Part shown: piece by piece, positions 41,889 to 50,444 of the stretch
How the letters are laid out: the number at the start of each line of letters is the position of its first letter
How positions within the stretch are numbered: the first letter of the stretch is position 1
Assembly (NCBI GenBank): GCA_046760105.1
Contig: JBHIDJ010000005.1
Span: 4,557-68,556 of the forward strand
Direction: 5' to 3'
Source of the DNA: Acidiferrobacterales bacterium
GTDB taxonomy: Bacteria; Pseudomonadota; Gammaproteobacteria; Acidiferrobacterales; SPGG2
Length of the DNA: 64,000 nucleotides
The notes under the pieces: model-generated
Databases searched by the model: none
What the model saw: the letters and a program-made list of their open reading frames with translations, nothing else
Told to the model about the DNA's origin: nothing
Program-made: the position numbers and the translations under genes

Positions 41889-42428
41889 ATGCGATATATC
41901 GCTATGTGTTCTATTCGCTCGCGCGGGCATTGGATTATCCCAGCCCTGGCTACGCTGGTGCTCGACCTCGCAACCAGCGCACCTAGTCTCGCGTTTGATG
42001 AGAATGATCTGAAATCTTTGCTCGACACCAAGGTCTGCAACGGTTGCGACCTTGAAGGCGCGGACTTGCGCGGCAGAGCACTTGAAGGCGCCAAACTCAG
42101 GTGGAGCAATCTTAAGGATGCCGACCTTCGAGGTGCCAATCTGAACGGCGCGGACATGACTGGGGCGTCGCTTGAGCATGCAAAACTCAGCAACGCTAAT
42201 TTCCAGGGCGCAAAACTCGAAGGCGCCCGACTGCTCGGGGTCGATCTATCTGAGGTGCGATTGATTGGGGCAGATCTCCGCTGGGCGGACCTTCGGCATC
42301 TCGACGTCGACCTCGCCTTCGAGTTTGTCGAACTCATCGGCGTTCAGCTAGAAGGGGCTCGCTTTAAGCACGGTGTTCGTTGCGCAGGCTTCCCCGCCAA
42401 GGGTGGTTGGGGCTGCGTCACGAAATGA
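41889..42428 (+). CDS. exported pentapeptide-repeat protein
   Basis: Signal peptide followed by tandem A(D/N)LxG pentapeptides (CDLEGADLRGRALEGAKLRWSNLKDADLRGANLNGADMTGASLEHAKLSNANFQGAKLEGARL..). Confidence 0.85.
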   Translation: MRYIAMCSIRSRGHWIIPALATLVLDLATSAPSLAFDENDLKSLLDTKVCNGCDLEGADLRGRALEGAKLRWSNLKDADLRGANLNGADMTGASLEHAKLSNANFQGAKLEGARLLGVDLSEVRLIGADLRWADLRHLDVDLAFEFVELIGVQLEGARFKHGVRCAGFPAKGGWGCVTK

Positions 42429-42540
42429 GCGACGCGCCTGCTGCTGGCTAACGCCGCTAGCGACCTGATCATCACAACACAGCCCGGGCGTGTTAGCGCC
42501 CGGGCTGTGCTAAAGCAGATGTCGTTATGCGAGCGCCGAC

Positions 42541-43077
42541 TTAGCGGTCGAAGTTGAATATATAGTCGCCGCCCGGTGCCGCCTTATGGCACGCGATGCA
42601 GCCTTTGGCCTTCCCCTTCGCGACGCGGCCTGCCAATTGCATCCCCTTGGGATTGGTGTGTAAACCACCATCCGGCTTGAACTTCACCCAGAACCAGTCC
42701 TTGTTGTCAGCATCGTAACCGCTGCGCTTAAACATGACGGTGACAGCCTTGAGGTATTTACCCGGATTATTGGCGACGGCCTGTTTGCTCACGCCCTCGC
42801 CGCCGTAGTTACGTTTGACGATGACTCGCCCGGTGTCCCCCTTTACCTTTACGGTGCCATCGATAGTGTCCAGGATCGCCCCGTGGGGATGCTGCCCGGT
42901 GTAGGGTGTGGACATAATGGCGTTTGAGCCAACGAAATTGGCCTTGGTCAACGCCTTCCATAGTGCTTGCGAGTACTTCACGTCCTCGGGCCCACCGAAC
43001 GGCGCCTGCGCCCACGCCGCAGTGGCAGCTATTACTAACCCGGAAAGAGTCGCGACGATGACATGTTTCTTCTTCAT
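42541..43077 (-). CDS. cytochrome P460-family protein (candidate)
   Basis: 178 aa with a signal peptide and a single C-terminal haem site CIACH preceded by NKDWFWVKFKPDG. This layout is characteristic of the P460 / cytochrome c'-beta family as I recall it. Confidence 0.6.
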   Translation of the reverse strand: MKKKHVIVATLSGLVIAATAAWAQAPFGGPEDVKYSQALWKALTKANFVGSNAIMSTPYTGQHPHGAILDTIDGTVKVKGDTGRVIVKRNYGGEGVSKQAVANNPGKYLKAVTVMFKRSGYDADNKDWFWVKFKPDGGLHTNPKGMQLAGRVAKGKAKGCIACHKAAPGGDYIFNFDR

Positions 43078-43415
43078 TTACACTTACCTCCTTTATGGAT
43101 TATGGGTCGTAAGTTACATAAGACCGGTTTTGCCCCTAGATTATTACCACCGTGTTACAAAAAAACGGTGTCTCTCCTCAACTAACAAGGCGCCGACCGG
43201 ATCATGCGTAAGAGTTTGTTTTTAAAGATGTTTGTCGATGTGCGTTGCGAAATGGTGATCCCACCTTGGCAGCTAACCACTCACAAAGGCTATTCGTTTC
43301 TGCAGGTACGAGACAAACCTATCGAGCAACCGTTCTCATAAAGAAACCCGGCCGCTGCCCCGCAAAAGGAGAAGTTGGTCCTTAGAAACGACCTCCCACC
43401 GGCCGTCGCATTGGG

Positions 43416-44612
43416 TCAGCCTGCACCCTTGTAGATCTTCGTGTTCGGTTTGAATGCCGCCCAAGCAAACCAGAAGTGATTGGCGTGAACGATAGGCGTC
43501 AACTTCTTGCCGGTCAGTGGCCCTGTGGTGGCCTCGCCCAAGATATTCCAGGCACTTCCCGTCTCGCGATCGACGAATTTCTCGCCATCAACACGGAAGC
43601 TAAGCCTTCGTCCGTCCAGCGTGGGATCGAACACACCGGTCGCACCAACATCCGCCGCGTCCGGGATAGAACGCGCACCTAGCGCCGAGCGGGTCCCAGG
43701 TTTGAAAAACACTACCATCTCCCGGCCGTTGAGCATGTAGTTTACAATCCTCTCCTTCTTCAACACGGAAAACGGAAACGCGGCATCGGCGTTACCGATG
43801 GTCACCGCCACTACTCGCTCCTTGGGAAGCAAGCGTCCGTCTAACTCACCATCAAATAAGAAAGGCGGGGTGTCGACGCGATCGTAGCCGACATAAGGGT
43901 TGTCCCCGTAATTACGAACATGCCCGGTCTCGCGCGAGAGAACCTTGCCCTTAGGATTCGCCGCCTTAAAATCCGACCAAGAGACCACGGAGGACGGCAA
44001 CAGTCGAAGTCTCTTGCCCGCCAACTGCCCTATGATGGCATTGCCGGTGAGCTGTTGCCACCATGACTCGGTCTGTCGGTCCCACATGATGAGATCGCTG
44101 TTGCGCAGATTACCCGAAACACCAAAGTCGTAGACGACGCTACCAAGCCTTCTATCGAACACCACGGCTGAATTGCACAGCGGACAGAAGCTGACGGCCA
44201 CCGGCAAACCACCGACCACATCGTTGACAATCTCGTGCCATGTCATGATCTGCAAGGGATACGCCCTGGCATCCCCGTTGAACTCAAACACGATGACGGG
44301 CTCCTCGCGCCCGAGCCAGCTATCGGCGTCTGCCGTTGTTGTGAACTTGGGGTTATCTATGGGGGGAATGCCGTCGCGGGGAACACCGCCGGAAAGTATT
44401 TCGCTGAACGAGACGCAATATTTACTGAAATCAGTCTTCCACCCATAGGGGGCGATTTGCGAGTTGGCTAGCTTCTCGCGGTAGTTCGGATCGGATTTCA
44501 CGTCTTGCCCTGAGGCGAGCGCGTTTCCGTCAACTGGAACAAACGTAGTTGCAAAAATAACCGCTGCTCCGAGTACTAGCGCGCAAACCGGTAGTTTATT
44601 TCTAGCAATCAT
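43416..44612 (-). CDS. DUF3179 domain protein, exported
   Basis: Hallmark DGIPPIDNPKF motif. Start trimmed to ATG 44612 (AGGAG RBS, signal peptide MIARNKLPVCALVLGAAVIFA). Confidence 0.8.
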   Translation of the reverse strand: MIARNKLPVCALVLGAAVIFATTFVPVDGNALASGQDVKSDPNYREKLANSQIAPYGWKTDFSKYCVSFSEILSGGVPRDGIPPIDNPKFTTTADADSWLGREEPVIVFEFNGDARAYPLQIMTWHEIVNDVVGGLPVAVSFCPLCNSAVVFDRRLGSVVYDFGVSGNLRNSDLIMWDRQTESWWQQLTGNAIIGQLAGKRLRLLPSSVVSWSDFKAANPKGKVLSRETGHVRNYGDNPYVGYDRVDTPPFLFDGELDGRLLPKERVVAVTIGNADAAFPFSVLKKERIVNYMLNGREMVVFFKPGTRSALGARSIPDAADVGATGVFDPTLDGRRLSFRVDGEKFVDRETGSAWNILGEATTGPLTGKKLTPIVHANHFWFAWAAFKPNTKIYKGAG

Positions 44613-44689
44613 AGGGTTTTCTCCTATAAAGTTTTGTCCTAGCGCAATCTGCGAATTACCGGGGATTACACACCGGCACGACAGTACGA

Positions 44690-45301
44690 CTATTGGTTCA
44701 GCATATTCGTCGTTATCGTTTTCAACTTTTCCATATTCAGAACCCCGTTCCATTTACGAAAGATCTGGCCCTCGGCATTGATGAAAATCGTGGTAGGCAT
44801 TGCCAGCACCCTATAGTGGCGCAGCAAACGGCTATCATCGGGGTAGCCGGTTGGATAGGTAATACCCAATTCATCGAGAAGTTTGCGTGCATCGTCCTGG
44901 CTACCGAGATCGGTAAATTCTCCCACATCGATGCCCAGCAGCCGAACCTTGTCCTTAAATCCTTCATAGAAACGCTGAAACTCAGGCATTTCGGCACGGC
45001 ACGGGGGACACTGTGCGCCCCAGAGGTTTAAAACGATGGGCCTGCCCCGAAGATCAGAAAGGTTAAGTCTTTCCGCATCCAACTCGTTCTCGCCGTGGTA
45101 AAGCGTGAACGTGAAGTCAGGGGCCGGTTCATTTGCGGGCCCTAGGGTGCCGAACCCTGTGAGCGTGACGATCAGGAAAGGCCCCAACACCAGGCGCAGA
45201 AACGCTCGGTGGTAGCGTAGGCCACGCCGCGAGATAGCCTTATGATAAAGTTTCACACCCGACCTACTCATGGCCTTCTTATCGGAACCGTTTTTCGCCA
45301 C
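44690..45301 (-). CDS. TlpA/ResA-family thiol:disulfide oxidoreductase, membrane-anchored
   Basis: Thioredoxin fold with WGAQCPPCRAEMP and an N-terminal hydrophobic anchor. Confidence 0.85.
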   Translation of the reverse strand: MAKNGSDKKAMSRSGVKLYHKAISRRGLRYHRAFLRLVLGPFLIVTLTGFGTLGPANEPAPDFTFTLYHGENELDAERLNLSDLRGRPIVLNLWGAQCPPCRAEMPEFQRFYEGFKDKVRLLGIDVGEFTDLGSQDDARKLLDELGITYPTGYPDDSRLLRHYRVLAMPTTIFINAEGQIFRKWNGVLNMEKLKTITTNMLNQ

Positions 45302-45499
45302 ACCTGCATTGGAGAGACGTTTCTATCTCTTTCAGCTCTTATGTTCCGACCGTAGCGGCACCATTAAGTTTCCATCGCCATTGCGCGATATAGGTATGTC
45401 CATCGTTTAGCGACGACCGCCCAAGCTGAAAGCAAGACGAGAATTGCCAGAAAAAAATCTCGTTTCGCTATTGGACCAACTTCCCTGGATTTCAACGCC

Positions 45500-46027
45500 A
45501 TGACACGTCTCACATATCTAGCGCTTATTCTCATTACCTCGTTTGTTCTATTGCCTCCTGTCGCTCTGGCCCTGCATGAGATCGATCACCGATATGATGT
45601 TATGGGTTATGTATTAGATAAAGAGGAAAAACCCATCGGTGAGGCACAGGTGCGTATCTACATGGACAATCGGGTCGTCGGTTACGAGAAGACAAACTCG
45701 CAAGGCTTTTATAAGATACGGCTGCACTTGCACGATCCTGATCTCGGCAAAACACTGCGTGTACAAACAGCGAACGTTAGCAGAAACATAAAAGTAACTT
45801 TTACGCCCGGTGACAAAAAGACTAAGCGCGTGCACTATGCAAACTTTATTGACGGCAAACTCATCCAACGCAAGCTTTCTAGAAACACATTTCCCGTATG
45901 GGTATATGGAGCCATTGCCGCAATCGTTATTGCAACTGCGATTATGATTGCACTCCGCAGGACGCGTCGGATGCAACGTCGCCATCGACAGCTACAGCAG
46001 CGCGCGCGCAAAAAACGAAAACGATAG
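45500..46027 (+). CDS. hypothetical exported protein with a carboxypeptidase-regulatory-like beta domain, TM anchor and basic tail
   Basis: Signal peptide, then GYVLDKEEKPIGEAQVRIY..TNSQGFYKIRL (prealbumin-like pattern), a C-terminal TM segment and RRTRRMQRRHRQLQQRARKKRKR. Confidence 0.55.
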   Translation: MTRLTYLALILITSFVLLPPVALALHEIDHRYDVMGYVLDKEEKPIGEAQVRIYMDNRVVGYEKTNSQGFYKIRLHLHDPDLGKTLRVQTANVSRNIKVTFTPGDKKTKRVHYANFIDGKLIQRKLSRNTFPVWVYGAIAAIVIATAIMIALRRTRRMQRRHRQLQQRARKKRKR

Positions 46028-46060
46028 TCTCTCTAGCTGCCCGTGCTCGCGAACCGTCTG

Positions 46061-46840
46061 CTACAACGTCCCTGGGTAAGCGCCACCATCAATCAACAAG
46101 TTCTGACCGGTGATATAGCCGGCATGTTGTGCGCAAAGGAAAGCACATGCCTGACCAAACTCCTCAGGTGAGCCAAAACGACCGGCAGGGTTTGCTTCGC
46201 GGCGTTCGTTCCACACGTCCTCAAAGGGCCGCCCGCTGTTTGCTGCCACGGTCTCCACGGTGCTTCGCAAGCGATCGGTATCAAAAGGTCCGGGCAGCAG
46301 ATTATTAACCGTCACGTTGGACCGCACCGTCCTGCGGGCAAGACCCGCTACAAAGCCGGTTAAGCCGGCGCGAGCGCCGTTTGACAGGCCCAATATGTCA
46401 ATCGGCGCCTTGACCGCACTCGACGTAATGTTGACGATACGCCCAAATCGCTGAGTTATCATATGATCGACAGTCGCCTTGATGAGCTCGATGGCTGTTA
46501 ACATATTGGCATCGATCGCCTCGATCCAGTCATCCCGCGTCCAGTCACGAAAGTCTCCCGGCGGCGGTCCGCCCGCGTTGTTGACCAGGATGTCTGGTGT
46601 GGGGCAAACCGCTAAGGCATGGCCGCGTCCCTCGGGTGATGTGATGTCTGCTGCGACAGGCGTCACATTAACGCCGGTCTCGCTACGAATCTCTTCCGCC
46701 GTGCGGTCCAACGGAGCTGCCCTACGGGCGACGATGGTGACATCGACACCCTCGCGCGCCAACGCCATCGCGCACCCGCGTCCCAGGCCTTTACTGGCGG
46801 CGCAAACGAGTGCTTGCTTTCCCGCGATGCCTAGATCCAT
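46061..46840 (-). CDS. SDR-family oxidoreductase
   Basis: 259 aa with an N-terminal Rossmann segment (GKQALVCAASKGLGRG), NNAG and a C-terminal ITGQNLLIDGG motif. Confidence 0.85.
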   Translation of the reverse strand: MDLGIAGKQALVCAASKGLGRGCAMALAREGVDVTIVARRAAPLDRTAEEIRSETGVNVTPVAADITSPEGRGHALAVCPTPDILVNNAGGPPPGDFRDWTRDDWIEAIDANMLTAIELIKATVDHMITQRFGRIVNITSSAVKAPIDILGLSNGARAGLTGFVAGLARRTVRSNVTVNNLLPGPFDTDRLRSTVETVAANSGRPFEDVWNERREANPAGRFGSPEEFGQACAFLCAQHAGYITGQNLLIDGGAYPGTL

Positions 46841-46969
46841 TTGCTTCTCCCTATCCCGTTAAATCCATTTTTCCCCGATATTATAAGCACTTGCCGCAAC
46901 GAAGGGCACAACTGTCGCCCCACTCGTAGGGGTTGACATGGGAAAGAACTGGGATTAATTTCCCAACCC

Positions 46970-47833
46970 ATGGCCGGCCCAGCTGGGCGACCGGGTCTCC
47001 ATCCCGCACACGCCCACCGACAGATCCTCTCCTTCGCGGTGCGGAGAATGCTGCGACCCCTGGTGCGCATGCTGTTGCGCAGCGGCATCCCCTACGGGCT
47101 GTTTGCCGATCTTGCCAAACAGGCCTACGTCGAAATCGCAAACGAAGAGTTCGAAATTCCAGGTCGCAAGCAAACCGTCTCCCGTGTCGCCGTTATCACA
47201 GGCCTGACCCGCAAGGAGGTCACGCGTATCAAGGAACTAACAACCGTCGATGCGGCCGAGGTCGCCGATCGCTATAACCGTGCCGCCCGCGTCATCACTG
47301 GCTGGATCCGCGATGCCCGGTTTATTAACAAGCGTGGTGATCCGATGCCGCTACCGCTTGAAGGCAAAGAGCCAACGTTCAGCGAGCTGGTGAAGGAGTT
47401 CAGCGGCGATGTCCCGGCACGCGCCATCCTCGACGAACTTACTAACGTCGGCGCGGTAGAGCGCATGCCGGATGGACGGATCCGTCTGCTGACGCGGGCC
47501 TATGTCCCCCGCGACAGTAAGGCCGACAAGCTCGGCATCCTCGGCACCGATGTTAAACACCTCATCGCCACGATTGACCACAACGTACACCAAGAAGGGG
47601 CCGAACCCCGCTTTCAGCGCAAAGTGGAATACGACAACCTACCGGTCGAGGCACTCAAAGAGCTACGCGCCCTGAGCGCCAAGCAGGCACAGGCGTTGTT
47701 AGAGCGGATTGATCGCTGGATGGCGGCGCACGATCGCGACACGAATCCCAAGATCGAAGGTTCCGGTCGTAAGCGCGCTGGGATGGGTATCTATTACTTC
47801 GAGGAAGACTATGAAGAGGATGACCTGCCGTGA
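46970..47833 (+). CDS. conserved hypothetical protein (DUF6502-like)
   Basis: The soluble protein reads ..MLRPLVRMLLRSGIPYGLFADLAKQAYVEIA.., which I tentatively associate with DUF6502. The start is uncertain (46970 or ATG 47048). The stop overlaps the next gene (GTGA). Confidence 0.55.
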   Translation: MAGPAGRPGLHPAHAHRQILSFAVRRMLRPLVRMLLRSGIPYGLFADLAKQAYVEIANEEFEIPGRKQTVSRVAVITGLTRKEVTRIKELTTVDAAEVADRYNRAARVITGWIRDARFINKRGDPMPLPLEGKEPTFSELVKEFSGDVPARAILDELTNVGAVERMPDGRIRLLTRAYVPRDSKADKLGILGTDVKHLIATIDHNVHQEGAEPRFQRKVEYDNLPVEALKELRALSAKQAQALLERIDRWMAAHDRDTNPKIEGSGRKRAGMGIYYFEEDYEEDDLP

Positions 47834-49275
47834 TTGCCAAGCTTGCGCGTAGAGTAGCGCTCGTCTTCTCCGTACTTATCTGCACGTCCTGCGGCAGTGG
47901 GGAGTTACTCGCCCTACTGCTTGCCAGCGGTGGTATCGGCGGTACCGGTATTAGCTTTGGACCGATTGCTGGCTTTGGCAGCATCTTTGTCAACGGTGTC
48001 GAGTTTCAAACCAGCGGCGCCACCGTAATCATAGATGGCAGTCCGGCTTCTGAAGGCGATCTAAAGAAGGGTATGGTGGTCACCGTCCAAGGCACGATAG
48101 ACGGCGACACCGGTATTGCCACGACAATTCTCGCCGAGAGCGCTGTTAAAGGCCCTGTTGACGAAGATGTGACCGACCCCAATGCCAGTACCGTCCAAGT
48201 GCTCGGCCAAACCATCCAGGTGGATGACACGGTTGTGCTGGATGGCTCCGACGGTGAAGAAGGTAACTTCACCCGCCTGGATTCATTGCGGGAAGGGATG
48301 GTCGTTGCGGTCAGCGGGCTAGTGAAATCCAACGGCTCCATTGCTGCCACCCGCATCGAGCTACTCGAAGTGCAGCCGACTGAATTTCGGGTCGAAGGAT
48401 TCATCGAGAACGTCAACACTACTCTGCAGACCTTCAACATCGGCGACCTGGCGGTGAACTATAGCGCGGCTGACCTCAGTGATTTACCTGGGGGGATCCC
48501 CGCCGATGGCTTGCTGGTTGCGGCCGAGGGGCCAAATTCTCTTAGCGCCGGCGGTGAGTTGCTCGCCACGAAGGTCGAACTGCAGGAACTCGGCGTTTTC
48601 AATGCCGAGCGAGCGGAGATCAGCGGTTTCGTTAAGAACGATGAAAACGCACCGAGCGAGTTCACCATGGGTAACCTGACGGTGCAGACCAACTCATCTA
48701 CCCTCTTCGCGGGCGGTACCGCCGCTGAGATTGCGGCGGAGACAAAACTGGAGGTGGAGGGCGTGCTAGTAAATGGCGTGATGGTAGCGGACAAAGTCTC
48801 GTTCTTGGACAACATCACACTTGAGTCTGATGCCGACGTTGTGAATGTTTTTGAAAATACGGTGACATTGGTCGGGCTGCCGGGCATCACCGTCAACGTC
48901 GATGAGCTGACAACGTTCACAAACGCCACCGGCCTCGATGACATCAACCCCGGTGATCACCTGCAGATCCGTGGACGGCTCGATACGAACAGTAAGCTTG
49001 TTGCTACGCAGCTACGGAGGGAGTTACCGACCAGCGATGTTACTCTGCAAGGCCCGGTGGATACCGCCGCCGATCCCAACGTGGTCATCCTCGGCGTGAC
49101 GGTCGACACCATCGGTTTCCTCGATGATCAATTCAAAGGTCTCGATGATCTGCCCATTGGCCGCGCCGCATTCTTCGATCCGGCGATCGGGGTAACCCCT
49201 GGGACGCTGGTTAGGGTGTACGGGGAGTTGTTAGGCGGCGTGGTCGGTTGGGACGAGGTTGGGTTCGAGGACTGA
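47830..49275 (+). CDS. DUF5666-repeat lipoprotein
   Basis: Lipobox LICTS-C, then about six tandem beta-rich modules of the type F.V.G..V........F..G....L..G..V.V.G......G...A..VEL. Confidence 0.65.
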   Translation: MIAKLARRVALVFSVLICTSCGSGELLALLLASGGIGGTGISFGPIAGFGSIFVNGVEFQTSGATVIIDGSPASEGDLKKGMVVTVQGTIDGDTGIATTILAESAVKGPVDEDVTDPNASTVQVLGQTIQVDDTVVLDGSDGEEGNFTRLDSLREGMVVAVSGLVKSNGSIAATRIELLEVQPTEFRVEGFIENVNTTLQTFNIGDLAVNYSAADLSDLPGGIPADGLLVAAEGPNSLSAGGELLATKVELQELGVFNAERAEISGFVKNDENAPSEFTMGNLTVQTNSSTLFAGGTAAEIAAETKLEVEGVLVNGVMVADKVSFLDNITLESDADVVNVFENTVTLVGLPGITVNVDELTTFTNATGLDDINPGDHLQIRGRLDTNSKLVATQLRRELPTSDVTLQGPVDTAADPNVVILGVTVDTIGFLDDQFKGLDDLPIGRAAFFDPAIGVTPGTLVRVYGELLGGVVGWDEVGFED

Positions 49276-49470
49276 GGCCAAAGCTGAAGAATCCTTTGTT
49301 GACGATCCGCACAGGTCATTGCTGTTTGTTGGCTGATCGCCAAGAGATTGGAGCGTACATGAAACGCCTAAAACGCCAGCAGTCCAAGCTCCAAGCGCCG
49401 GCCTGACAGCCGCACTGAAGCCATCACTACAACCCGCAGTGAGTCGAACCCCCGAAGCTGTCGCAGCCTT

Positions 49471-50298
49471 CTAGAACTCCTGCGTGTCGCCCGGTTTCAT
49501 CACGATGACCGTGGCTGGGAAGCCGCCGAGCGCCTTCTTTAACTGCTCGGGTGTGCCCTTCAGCGGTGGAAATGTGCCGTAGTGCATAGGGATCACTTTT
49601 TCCGTTTTCAGGAGGTTGCGCACGGCATAGGCAGCGTGGTCTGGGTCCATAGTAAAATGCCCACCGATGGGAAGCAGCGCGACATCAGGCTGATAGTACT
49701 CGCCAATAAATTTCATATCACCAAAAACGCCCGTATCGCCGGCATGGTAGATCTTGAGGCCGTTCTCTAATTCGATGATGTAACCGGCGGGCTCGCCCCC
49801 GGGGTGAACGGTCTTTTGCTTAGTCACGGGATCGGTATGCACCACCTCGGAACTGTGTTCGGCGCGCACCATCGTAATCGTAATACCAGGACCCAGCGGG
49901 GTTATGGGGCCGCTTTTGTTAAAGCGGATCAGTTGCTTGTACGGTACCCATCCGAGCGTGGCAAAGGTGTGCCCCATGTCAGCATTCAAACCGACTTTAG
50001 CCCCGCTCGTCTTTGCGATTTGCGCCGTATCCCCTATATGGTCACCGTGACCGTGCGTAACAAGAATAAGGTCCACGTGACCAAGCTTTGTCAAATCTTT
50101 AAGTTTCTCGGGCGTCTTTGGGTTCTTGGTAATGAAAGGATCCACCAGGATAACCTTGCCGCCCGGCGTGGTGATCTTGAAGGCGGCCTGCCCAAGCCAT
50201 TGCAGCTTGACCACCTCAGCGTATACCACCCCGGAGGCATACATTAGAGAAAAAGCAACCAACGCGCTTGCCAAGACTCGGGAAATGTTTCTTCGCAT
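49471..50298 (-). CDS. metallo-beta-lactamase-fold hydrolase (UPF0173-like), exported
   Basis: LILVTHGHGDHIGD motif. Start trimmed to ATG 50298 (GGAGGGAGGAG RBS, signal peptide). Confidence 0.8.
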   Translation of the reverse strand: MRRNISRVLASALVAFSLMYASGVVYAEVVKLQWLGQAAFKITTPGGKVILVDPFITKNPKTPEKLKDLTKLGHVDLILVTHGHGDHIGDTAQIAKTSGAKVGLNADMGHTFATLGWVPYKQLIRFNKSGPITPLGPGITITMVRAEHSSEVVHTDPVTKQKTVHPGGEPAGYIIELENGLKIYHAGDTGVFGDMKFIGEYYQPDVALLPIGGHFTMDPDHAAYAVRNLLKTEKVIPMHYGTFPPLKGTPEQLKKALGGFPATVIVMKPGDTQEF

Positions 50299-50444
50299 AG
50301 CTATCTCCTCCCTCCGATAGAAATAAAAAATGACGTTCCGCCTGGCTATCATGCCATGCCCGCGGTCCATATTACACGCTAAAGCATTGGACGAGCTTGC
50401 CCATTGCGCAGCGTGCTTTCTGCAGTATGTGTTACACTGAACTG

